Shown here piece by piece: positions 53,518 to 61,589 of a DNA stretch of 61,678 nt. A program made the position numbers and the translations under genes. The notes under the pieces were generated by a model. That model did no database searches and was not told the origin of the DNA. It saw only the letters and a list, made by a program, of their open reading frames with translations. Source of the stretch: a virus; IMG/VR virus record IMGVR_UViG_3300029713_000009, one strand, 5' to 3'. How positions within the stretch are numbered: the first letter of the stretch is position 1; each line of letters starts with the position of its first letter.

Positions 53518-53523
53518 GTCGGT

Positions 53524-53616
53524 ATAAATAAAAAGAGCCATACCCCGCAGGATATGACTCCCGCCGGGTATGGCTCTTAGGCTCTAATTTCTTTTTTGTT
53601 ATGTCCTACAAATATA
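53524..53616 (-). promoter_or_regulatory. Promoter-hairpin-U-tract cassette c
   Basis: TATATTTG-24 nt-AGAGCCTAAG-AGAGCCATACCCGGCGGGA-GTCATA-TCCTGCGGGGTATGGCTCT-TTTTATTTAT. Confidence 0.6.
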
Positions 53617-53648
53617 GGGTTAATATATTAAAAAGCAAAACTATAGAA

Positions 53649-55100
53649 TCATTTTTTATCATCATCAACATCACCCCTATCGTCATCGCCCTCGTCGGAC
53701 GGTTTTTTATTACCAGAAGTCCCTCCAGAAGAGGATGAGACGCTCCTTGATGGACCGCCAGACCTAGCTAAGGATATGATCTCCTTGACCAAGGCCAATT
53801 CCTCGGTAGACATATCGTAAACCAACTTGTCATACAAGGGGTTCCCTACCTTGCTCTCCCCTATCTGCGCTCTCCAGTCATTCAACGTCAATACGCCTCC
53901 CATGAATTCCTTCTGGCATTTCTCCGATACGATACGCCTCTTCTCTACCATATCCTTATCACGTACTTGCAATACGCTTACGCCACTAAAATCCACGTCT
54001 ATATACATGCCGGACTTATCAAGGCCAAGAAAGGAAGTTATCGATCGGCAGAATTTCCGGGCCTCAGGAATAACGATATTGGAATAAACGGATATCTCGG
54101 CGATATCCTGATTGTCGTATTTGGCCATATCCTTGCGTGGAATCAGCACTGAAGGTATACCATATATACCGGCTATCTGTATAGCGTCCGCCAAAGTCTC
54201 CTCGAAAGGCATAAGTTCTTGGATGGACATGTTTATCCTCACGAACTCCGTAGGGACATCCACTATGCTCATCTGGGACCTGTCATTAGTCAACCCATAA
54301 TTGTCATTCCACTCCTTCCTTATGTTTCTCTTCTCCTTGTCGGTGAGTGGAAGGGAACCATCAGCGTCATATTTCTTGCTTATCAGCAATCCCAAGGCCC
54401 CCCTTTTAACGTATATGACATTCCTTGCCTCGTACACGGCGACCAAGTTGGCGATAGGATAACGTTGGGTCTCCAACCTGCTACGTCCCTTTAGGTATGA
54501 GCTATTCAATCGCATATTTATATCCTTGTAGTGGATGACCAGAGACGGGTCTATATCCATAAGCCCCGAGTTGGTGGAAATACGATAGCTGTTGATTATA
54601 TCCTCCTTTGTTGACGGCTGGAACAAGGGAATGGACATCGGGCTGTTTATCACGACCTGATCACTTGGCAAGACCCAATAGGTATCGCACCATTTCCATA
54701 GCTCCTTAGGCTTTATCCCACCTACAGACGGGGAGGCCTGCCAGAATCCATTACCTGTCACATACTTATAGACAAAAAACATCTTAACCAAATCCTCGAA
54801 CGAGAATAAAGGGTTAGGATTGCTAAAAAAACGGTTCATCTCCTCGTTATTGAACACCACGGAATCATCCTTCGCCAATTTTAATTGATAATTGCCGCCC
54901 GCTATCCTGCTAGCCAAGAAATCCACGGGGAAAAAGACCTCTCCCATGGTCTCGAAAGCCTCGATAAAATTCCCGGAACAGGTATAGGGGCTGAACACCC
55001 CCAGATAACCGGACAAATCCACGAGTCCTCTCGACCTTGGAGGACGATCGGGCACATTCGCCACCTTATCCTCTTTCCTGAAAAAATCAAACAAACCCAT
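53649..55100 (-). CDS. Portal protein
   Basis: 483 aa between the terminase and the protease; acidic/Ser-rich C-terminal tail. Confidence 0.75.
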   Translation of the reverse strand: MGLFDFFRKEDKVANVPDRPPRSRGLVDLSGYLGVFSPYTCSGNFIEAFETMGEVFFPVDFLASRIAGGNYQLKLAKDDSVVFNNEEMNRFFSNPNPLFSFEDLVKMFFVYKYVTGNGFWQASPSVGGIKPKELWKWCDTYWVLPSDQVVINSPMSIPLFQPSTKEDIINSYRISTNSGLMDIDPSLVIHYKDINMRLNSSYLKGRSRLETQRYPIANLVAVYEARNVIYVKRGALGLLISKKYDADGSLPLTDKEKRNIRKEWNDNYGLTNDRSQMSIVDVPTEFVRINMSIQELMPFEETLADAIQIAGIYGIPSVLIPRKDMAKYDNQDIAEISVYSNIVIPEARKFCRSITSFLGLDKSGMYIDVDFSGVSVLQVRDKDMVEKRRIVSEKCQKEFMGGVLTLNDWRAQIGESKVGNPLYDKLVYDMSTEELALVKEIISLARSGGPSRSVSSSSGGTSGNKKPSDEGDDDRGDVDDDKK

Positions 55101-55112
55101 AATATATTCGTT

Positions 55113-57152
55113 TTAAATATTGTTTCGTACCAAAATCTCCGCTATAGCGGATAGGCAACACAGCGACTCCCCTCCATCCTTGCCCCCATAATCTAGCATA
55201 TTCTCGACAAACGACAGATAATCATCCTTCTCCTCGTAATTGTCGAGAAAATAAAATCGATCTCTCACGGTCTCCGAATGGGCGGATATCCTCAATCTTG
55301 CATCGGAAGCCCTCTTCCTTATCCTTATATCGCACTCCCCGGTCTCCCTTATCTCCCTAGCTACAGGGAAATAAGCCTTGTCGCTCTCAAACACGACATC
55401 ACTCCATCCTATAGGACGCAAGAAATCCTTTAGAACTCCAGCCTCCGTGATATCCCTCAACGAGGCATCCAGAACGTACGCCTTCCCGTTCATCAACGCC
55501 ACCTTTGCCATACCCGCAAGCCCGTCAGGATTGACTGCCACATAGACCATCCTCATGGCGTTCGATATATCCAATTTTACGTGATCGTAATATCTCATAT
55601 CCTCCTCCTTATTTTTATTGTGCCTTCTCCTTAGCGAGAAAGACGTATACCTATCCTTTAATATCTCCGTGACAAAATAACGTTTTGCATCGCTAAGGTG
55701 ACCTGCCTTCTCGTAGGACTGACCCGTAATCTTGTCCTTTACCCTCTGCTTGAGCATCGCCCCGTTGACATCCTTTTTTACGGTGATATAATCGTTTATC
55801 GACGTATCGCAACTCTCGTCAATCATGATGGACACGTCTTTTATATCTCCAGAATATATCGCGTTGATAAACTCCCCGGTCATGGATACGGAAGGGTTCG
55901 ACCTAGGCAACCTGTCCTCGCTGCGGAATCTCTTGTCTATACCCTCCTTGAACTTATCGAAAAAAGACCTCTTATCGTCATCTATCGTATTCCCGGCCTT
56001 GGTCGATACATCCCCATAAAGATAGACCATATCATCATGCCCTATCCCCTCCAGATATTCAACGGCGATCTCGGCGGCCTTGGTGACCGTGTTGAACGGA
56101 TCGGACGGGGTTTCCTCGTGAATCTGCCTTATCCTCGTTATATCCCCGGTCTCAACCTGCCAAAAAGAGATGGAGATATAAGGCAGGACGTTGTTATCTA
56201 TCGATATATGCACGGGAGCCTTGACATATGGGCACTTGCCCTTATGCTTGGCGGGGTCGAAGGCGTGGAAGAACTCGCCCCCCGTCCTTATCGTCCCCCA
56301 CTCGCCCAAGGCGTATATCAGATAATAAGCGTAATCCCTTTCCTTGTCCCTCTCGAAATCCGCTATCGTCTGAGCGTCATAAAAGCCATACGTGCCATCA
56401 GGAGACCCTACGACCCAGAAATTATTAAGATAGGTGGACTTGATGATAACCATATCCGGGCGGTGCGTCTCGTAAGTCTTTTTTCTTGGGTTGTATATGG
56501 TCCGCTCGGAATTGACCCATTTCCTCCCTACCTCGGAATATTCCTTTGGCAGTATCTTACCCGTTACGCTATCCTTGAGCTTCCCGTACAGATGATTGTC
56601 CACCTCGGTCAATGTCTCGGTATCAAATATCTTTTTCTTGATCCAATGATCCTCCGATATCGGGTTAAATAGAGCTACGATCTTCTGTCCCTTGCGACCA
56701 CGGAGACGCTTCCTTATCTGTTTCAAGTCGGATTCATCGAACTCGGATATCTCCTCGCAAAACACGTACTGATAAGATTCGAGACCCTTGATCTTCTCCG
56801 GATCGTCCAGCCCTTTGAACCGGATATAGGAACCGTTGAAACACCTTATAAGGTTTTCTTGGAATTTGAAAAAAGTATCTATATGCAATGATTTAGCCGC
56901 CTCTTGGAACGTCTTGTAGATACTGTCCGCTATGGTTGCTCCGGTCTTCCTAAAGACAATCGTGTTATAGCCCTTGGATATACATTCCAACAGGAAGGCT
57001 TGGGCCGCTGAGAAAGACTTGGCGGAAGACGATCCCCCGTACATGAAGATGAACCTTATATCGTCATTCCCCAACGCCAGCTTCAAATGGTGAAAGTTCG
57101 GATTGAACCTCTTGTAGCTTATTATCCTCCTGTTATCCGTCTCAGCTCCCAA
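55113..57152 (-). CDS. terL: Terminase large subunit
   Basis: ..FIFMYGGSSSAKSFS.. Walker A-like motif, ..VFCEEISEF.. Walker B-like motif; the only in-frame start before Walker A is TTG at 57152. Confidence 0.8.
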   Translation of the reverse strand: MGAETDNRRIISYKRFNPNFHHLKLALGNDDIRFIFMYGGSSSAKSFSAAQAFLLECISKGYNTIVFRKTGATIADSIYKTFQEAAKSLHIDTFFKFQENLIRCFNGSYIRFKGLDDPEKIKGLESYQYVFCEEISEFDESDLKQIRKRLRGRKGQKIVALFNPISEDHWIKKKIFDTETLTEVDNHLYGKLKDSVTGKILPKEYSEVGRKWVNSERTIYNPRKKTYETHRPDMVIIKSTYLNNFWVVGSPDGTYGFYDAQTIADFERDKERDYAYYLIYALGEWGTIRTGGEFFHAFDPAKHKGKCPYVKAPVHISIDNNVLPYISISFWQVETGDITRIRQIHEETPSDPFNTVTKAAEIAVEYLEGIGHDDMVYLYGDVSTKAGNTIDDDKRSFFDKFKEGIDKRFRSEDRLPRSNPSVSMTGEFINAIYSGDIKDVSIMIDESCDTSINDYITVKKDVNGAMLKQRVKDKITGQSYEKAGHLSDAKRYFVTEILKDRYTSFSLRRRHNKNKEEDMRYYDHVKLDISNAMRMVYVAVNPDGLAGMAKVALMNGKAYVLDASLRDITEAGVLKDFLRPIGWSDVVFESDKAYFPVAREIRETGECDIRIRKRASDARLRISAHSETVRDRFYFLDNYEEKDDYLSFVENMLDYGGKDGGESLCCLSAIAEILVRNNI

Positions 57153-57234
57153 AATATTAAATATAGAACAATTATAAAATTATAGACCTCGTATTTTTTC
57201 TAACAAACATAGCCATTTATTTAAAAATAGAACA

Positions 57235-57771
57235 CTAATCATCTATTCCGGTATCTATTCCGATCAGCGATTTGCCAAGGTCTACAACGGTTGGAGCGTC
57301 AAAGCCAAGCATCTTGCAGATACGTTCTATGGCTTTCAGCTTATCGTGCATCTCTATCTTGACATATTCCACGTCAATGATCTCCGGGTCATCGCTCGTC
57401 CCTATATTTTTCTTCAGGATTTTAGTAGATATGCTCTTGATAGCCGACTTCTCCTTGTCCGTAAGATTCTCGAACTCCTTGCGTTCTATCCATGTATTAT
57501 GAAGGTGGGCTATGGACGAGAACGCTATGTTACCTAACTCGCCCAGTAATTTCTCCTTGGTTATATCAGATTTAACTTTCTGCTCCTCTTGCAGTTCCCT
57601 TACCCTTGACTGAACCTTGACATCATCCAATAAAGCCGAAGCCTTCTCCCATACGGACTTATCCTTCCATTTATCGCAAGAGTAGGCACGCCTGTACGCC
57701 TCGGAAGCGTTCCCGCCGCACTCGATATAATAATTACAGAAATTCTCTTGTTTTTGTGTCAACCTCTTCAT
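57235..57771 (-). CDS. terS: Terminase small subunit
   Basis: ..LTQKQENFCNYYIECGGNASEAYRRAYS.. Terminase_2 pattern; ATG 57771 overlaps the upstream small-ORF stop (ATGA). Confidence 0.8.
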   Translation of the reverse strand: MKRLTQKQENFCNYYIECGGNASEAYRRAYSCDKWKDKSVWEKASALLDDVKVQSRVRELQEEQKVKSDITKEKLLGELGNIAFSSIAHLHNTWIERKEFENLTDKEKSAIKSISTKILKKNIGTSDDPEIIDVEYVKIEMHDKLKAIERICKMLGFDAPTVVDLGKSLIGIDTGIDD

Positions 57772-57926
57772 TTTCCCATAACGATTTTGATTTCTTTCTT
57801 GCATTTCTTGCACCAGCAATAATAGACCCCCTTGGAGCCATAATCATAGTGGCCAATCCAATTATGATGGACAGGACAGTAAACGTCCACTTGTTGCCTT
57901 TGAGATGAGTTGTTATAAAAATCCAT
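57768..57926 (-). CDS. Small zinc-ribbon-like protein, first ORF of the late operon
   Basis: 52 aa; CPVH...CWCKKC; translationally coupled to terS. Confidence 0.45.
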   Translation of the reverse strand: MDFYNNSSQRQQVDVYCPVHHNWIGHYDYGSKGVYYCWCKKCKKEIKIVMGK

Positions 57927-57990
57927 AAGTGACCTATATTATATTGTTAAACATAATATCCAATCAATAATACAAGTCACAAACTTGAAG

Positions 57991-57998
57991 CAAATATA
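57991..57998 (-). promoter_or_regulatory. -7 box (TATATTTG) upstream of the packaging genes
   Basis: + strand CAAATATA at 57991-57998; 65 nt upstream of the small-ORF ATG. Confidence 0.45.
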
Positions 57999-58068
57999 GA
58001 CAAAATTATTTATATCCTAAAATCGCAAGGTTAAATTGGGTATATTCGCGGGGTTAATCATTTATATC

Positions 58069-58299
58069 ATGAACGAGGAACTAAAAAAACTGCTTGCGTG
58101 GTTTGATAACTACGAGATTACATTTAATGAAATCAGGCTAAGCCCGTGTCAATACATATTTGACCTACGGAAATTTATATCGGTTCAGACGAACTCTGTC
58201 CGGAAAAATTGGGACAATCCTACGTTTGAATACGATATAATAAGCCTCTATCAGCTTAAAAAGGTACTGGAGGAGAAAAAGAAAGAAAATATGCCATAG
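58069..58299 (+). CDS. Hypothetical protein
   Basis: 76 aa from ATG 58069 (track start 58036). Confidence 0.5.
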   Translation: MNEELKKLLAWFDNYEITFNEIRLSPCQYIFDLRKFISVQTNSVRKNWDNPTFEYDIISLYQLKKVLEEKKKENMP

Positions 58300-58330
58300 A
58301 GCATAAAAAAATAATCATTGAAAAACTTGC

Positions 58331-58357
58331 ATACTATCAAATTTGATAGTATATTTG
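58331..58357 (+). promoter_or_regulatory. 22-bp perfect palindrome overlapping a -7 box
   Basis: ATACTATCAAATTTGATAGTAT at 58331-58352; TATATTTG at 58350-58357. Confidence 0.55.
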
Positions 58358-58380
58358 CAATATCAAAATAACAATAGAAC

Positions 58381-58410
58381 CGGCGGCAACGGATAAGCGG
58401 CATTAAGAAA
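58381..58410 (+). promoter_or_regulatory. Conserved leader motif, copy 1
   Basis: CGGCGGCAACGGATAAGCGGCATTAAGAAA immediately before ATG 58411. Confidence 0.5.
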
Positions 58411-58797
58411 ATGAGAGAAATTACGATAAGCGATTATAAAAGAGCCTATGAATTAGGTAAAAAACACGCCGAAGAATGTGATCTTTGTGGATGGTACACT
58501 CCTTTTTTGCAAGCATCTTATGATTTAGGATATGAAGGTATAGAAGTTGATTTCAGCAAGGTAGTCAAAGCTGAAAGATATGGTGATTTACCTAATGGGT
58601 GCTCCTACAATTATGCTGACAATAAAAAAGAAATGGGTGTGTCAGCGTCTAATTTGGTCGGGGAAAAAGAAATAGGGTCTTCTTTATGGTTTACGGATAG
58701 AGAGAAGATTGTATTTGAAGGTATATTGCTTCCGGTAAAAGGTAGCGATGGCGAGCCTCTTTTACTCCCTTTGGGTGTCGAGCAGTATGATTTTTAA
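58411..58797 (+). CDS. Hypothetical protein
   Basis: 128-aa ORF. Confidence 0.6.
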   Translation: MREITISDYKRAYELGKKHAEECDLCGWYTPFLQASYDLGYEGIEVDFSKVVKAERYGDLPNGCSYNYADNKKEMGVSASNLVGEKEIGSSLWFTDREKIVFEGILLPVKGSDGEPLLLPLGVEQYDF

Positions 58798-58807
58798 ATT
58801 AATATCT

Positions 58808-58981
58808 ATGAAAACATATCTTAAAAATAATTTCAACGGCGAAGAGATTGAAGTAACATCCACTACCAATCATCCAGATAGCAGCTATGGTAAGGCTGTT
58901 TGGGTAGACAAGGAAGGCAACGCCTACTGTCAAGTAGGGATGGAGGCTCCATTTTACACAGTAATAACAGTAAATAATTGA
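58808..58981 (+). CDS. Hypothetical protein
   Basis: 57 aa from ATG 58808 (track start 58748). Confidence 0.45.
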   Translation: MKTYLKNNFNGEEIEVTSTTNHPDSSYGKAVWVDKEGNAYCQVGMEAPFYTVITVNN

Positions 58982-58996
58982 TCTAAATAAGGAAAG

Positions 58997-59024
58997 GGCG
59001 GCAACCTATAAGCGGCGTAAGGAA
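58997..59024 (+). promoter_or_regulatory. Conserved leader motif, copy 2
   Basis: GGGCGGCAACCTATAAGCGGCGTAAGGAA immediately before ATG 59025. Confidence 0.5.
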
Positions 59025-59396
59025 ATGACAAATAGAAAACTATTCGAACTTTTCGTCAAGAACAACACAAAAGGAAGAGACGGCATTACCCCTAATGCTA
59101 ATTTCAAAAGGACATACGGCGAAATTTCATTTGAGGAAGCTTTCGAAAGCTATCTTACAAATGTCAACGATTATCTTTCCTTAAAAAGGAAAATAGACGA
59201 GTTTGAATCCTTCTTGCTAAAAGAAGGTTGCCAAAGGATCCAGAGCAATATCTCGGAAAGTAGATATTACTACTACGGAGGAATTAAATATCGCTTCAGT
59301 AGCCACGTATATCCTACGGGATCAATGACAGATAAGATAATGGGAGTGGTTGATTTAGCGGCTGATCCAGAACTCATAAATGATGTTATTTATTAA
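59025..59396 (+). CDS. Hypothetical protein
   Basis: 123-aa ORF. Confidence 0.6.
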   Translation: MTNRKLFELFVKNNTKGRDGITPNANFKRTYGEISFEEAFESYLTNVNDYLSLKRKIDEFESFLLKEGCQRIQSNISESRYYYYGGIKYRFSSHVYPTGSMTDKIMGVVDLAADPELINDVIY

Positions 59397-59397
59397 T

Positions 59398-59745
59398 ATG
59401 AGAAATATATCCTTGCCCCTTCCAGAGTTCGCCTTCGTCGAAGGTTCCGGCCACGAAAAAGGCGGAGATCCCTTATATGGGAGAAATGTCATCTTGCATA
59501 CTCGGTCCGCAAGCGTGATGGAGGTCTTCCTAAAAGAAGATGCCGTATTAAAAGAAGATGTACTATCGTTAAATTTCTCAAATACCAACAAATTTGGGGT
59601 AAAAGAACGAATGACTATAGCGTTGCATTATTTGGCGACGCTTGACAAAATAAAAGATAGAGATATGATAATAGAGGAAATTCTAAAACCAGCAGCGATC
59701 TGGTACTGCGAATATTGTGATTGGGAGGATGAACAAGATGAATGA
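59398..59745 (+). CDS. Hypothetical protein
   Basis: 115 aa from ATG 59398 (track start 59380). Confidence 0.55.
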   Translation: MRNISLPLPEFAFVEGSGHEKGGDPLYGRNVILHTRSASVMEVFLKEDAVLKEDVLSLNFSNTNKFGVKERMTIALHYLATLDKIKDRDMIIEEILKPAAIWYCEYCDWEDEQDE

Positions 59746-59941
59746 TAGAGAAAGAATCGGCAAAAGAATAGCCCAGCTCCGCATGGAGGCCGGGATATCA
59801 CAATACAAACTAGCTGAACTTACAGGCCTGGCCCCGGGAAACATCGCCCGGATAGAGACCGGGAAGTACAGCACAGGTGTCGACCTATTGTCCAAAATAG
59901 GCGATGCCCTAGGCTATAAGCTTGATTTCACAAATAAATAA
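59738..59941 (+). CDS. XRE-family HTH regulator
   Basis: ..IGKRIAQLRMEAGISQYKLAELTGLAPGNIARIETGK.. Confidence 0.75.
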   Translation: MNDRERIGKRIAQLRMEAGISQYKLAELTGLAPGNIARIETGKYSTGVDLLSKIGDALGYKLDFTNK

Positions 59942-59958
59942 CATTAAAAAATAATATC

Positions 59959-60174
59959 ATGGCAAGAACTATCAATTATGAGCTAAAGGCTCAAAAGATC
60001 AAGGGTCAAATAGACGAGTTAGTAACCGCTCTTTTGGAGGAGAGGAAAAATTCCCTTGACGAGAGCAATAAGAAAATAAAGATTGCAAATGTAGATCTGG
60101 AAGAGTTGAGCAATCTTGAGTTGCAGCAGTTACAAGTACGTGTATCTAAACTCTTACTAGAAAGGACCAAATAG
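59959..60174 (+). CDS. Hypothetical coiled-coil protein
   Basis: 71-aa ORF. Confidence 0.5.
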   Translation: MARTINYELKAQKIKGQIDELVTALLEERKNSLDESNKKIKIANVDLEELSNLELQQLQVRVSKLLLERTK

Positions 60175-60199
60175 TTCTATTTGCGCATCCAAAAAGTAT

Positions 60200-60236
60200 A
60201 ACGCCCGTGTTTTTTTCTGACATGGGCGTTTTTTAT
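60200..60236. terminator. Bidirectional intrinsic terminator between convergent genes
   Basis: ACGCCCGTG-TTTTTTTCTGA-CATGGGCGT followed by TTTTTT on the + strand; T-rich also on the - strand. Confidence 0.7.
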
Positions 60237-60245
60237 TGGTCTATT

Positions 60246-61460
60246 TTACTTTTCATCCCTGTTTTTCCGGTAGCCATTGACGTAATCTATAACCTTTCGG
60301 TTGGCTTCATCCACTTTTTTTTGGTCATAACGTATATATATGGAAGTAATGGAAGATCCTATCTCATGTCCTAAAGCGGCGGATATCGTCTCTTTGGGAA
60401 TATCAAGCTCAGCGGCTATGGTAGCCCACGTATGGCGGGCCCAGTATGAGGACAAATCCGGGAATAAAGCTTTGATATACTTCTTTCCACCACGCCCTTT
60501 TCGCTCACATTCACCTATTTTTTTCAAGCCTAAGCCCATCCTGTGCATAAAATCCTTATAATAAGCGTATTCATTCAATACATCTATGAGATATCCATCA
60601 CCCTTATACCTATTTATTATTTCCAACGCCTCAGGCTCTACTTTAACCGAATATAATTTATCAGTCTTTGCCCTCCTGTACTCTAGCCTATCCCCATTTA
60701 ACTTCTTTGCAGAAAACAAATCTATACCATTAATACCTATGAGATAAAACATTAGCATGAATATATCCCTGTATTTTGTTTGATAACCCTCGCAAGGATA
60801 ATCACGTAACATTATCAACTGCTCCACGGTCAAAGACCTTTTACGGGTTTCCTCTGTTTTAATAGAGAACTTCCTGAAAGGATAATTCTCTGTCACACCC
60901 TCATCTATGGCATAATTAAATACCGCTCGCATGTTTCTCATATGTATCGAACGTGTATTAGTGCTAAGACCTGCCTTTATCATATAGCTATCAAAATCCA
61001 TTAACCATTTCTTATCTATACTTCCAAACGAAGGGTCACCACCGAAATCCACGATCTTGGCCTTACTTCCTTCATATGTCTCAATAGTACTTCTTTTTTG
61101 CTTGGTAGCTATAAACTCATCGAAGCAGGTCAACAATGTCCTCTCAGCCCTAGCCTTGCTTGATATGGCCTCCTCTATCATTTCTTTTAGAATAGAATCC
61201 GTGACGCTTTTTAGCTTATCCTCCCTTTCAAGCTTATATATAACATCCTCGGCCTTGTTCATCAACGAGCGTATCGTCATATTTTTGGTCTTATAGTTAG
61301 GCTCGCTCTTAGAGTATTGGTTCACATCCCAGTTCTCCTCTTTAGCGGTGAACTGGGTGGAGATATAAAATCTCTTGTTATGGCTAACATATAGCTTAAC
61401 AGGAAAAGAGCCATCTTTCTTCGCTCTTCTCTTATCTAGGTAAAATGATATATTTCCCAT
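60246..61460 (-). CDS. int: Tyrosine recombinase / phage integrase
   Basis: C-terminal ..WARHTWATIAAE..ISAALGHE..SITSIYIRY (R, H-x-x-R, H, Y); ATG 61460 preferred, since the track start 61502 lies in the arm repeats. Confidence 0.85.
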   Translation of the reverse strand: MGNISFYLDKRRAKKDGSFPVKLYVSHNKRFYISTQFTAKEENWDVNQYSKSEPNYKTKNMTIRSLMNKAEDVIYKLEREDKLKSVTDSILKEMIEEAISSKARAERTLLTCFDEFIATKQKRSTIETYEGSKAKIVDFGGDPSFGSIDKKWLMDFDSYMIKAGLSTNTRSIHMRNMRAVFNYAIDEGVTENYPFRKFSIKTEETRKRSLTVEQLIMLRDYPCEGYQTKYRDIFMLMFYLIGINGIDLFSAKKLNGDRLEYRRAKTDKLYSVKVEPEALEIINRYKGDGYLIDVLNEYAYYKDFMHRMGLGLKKIGECERKGRGGKKYIKALFPDLSSYWARHTWATIAAELDIPKETISAALGHEIGSSITSIYIRYDQKKVDEANRKVIDYVNGYRKNRDEK

Positions 61461-61475
61461 GTCCGGTTTTATTGT

Positions 61476-61514
61476 GTTGCAAATTCCGGGTAAAATTTGC
61501 AACAGATTTGCAAC
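61476..61514. promoter_or_regulatory. Three (A/G)ATTTGCAAC repeats, candidate arm-type integrase sites
   Basis: Inverted copy at 61476-61485; direct copies at 61494-61503 and 61505-61514 (11-nt period). Confidence 0.5.
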
Positions 61515-61589
61515 ACAAAGCTAACAATTAGGGGTATTTAAGGGCATATAAGGGTAGTTAAATATACAAAAAGGCATAAAAAAAGGAGC

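Noticed and set aside
29091-53616. Possibility that the repeated hairpin elements form a CRISPR-like array or are MITE copies.
   Set aside because: The copies are 2-11 kb apart, always intergenic and in gene orientation. Each has a promoter box and a U-tract, and there are no spacers, target-site duplications or terminal inverted repeats beyond the stem itself.
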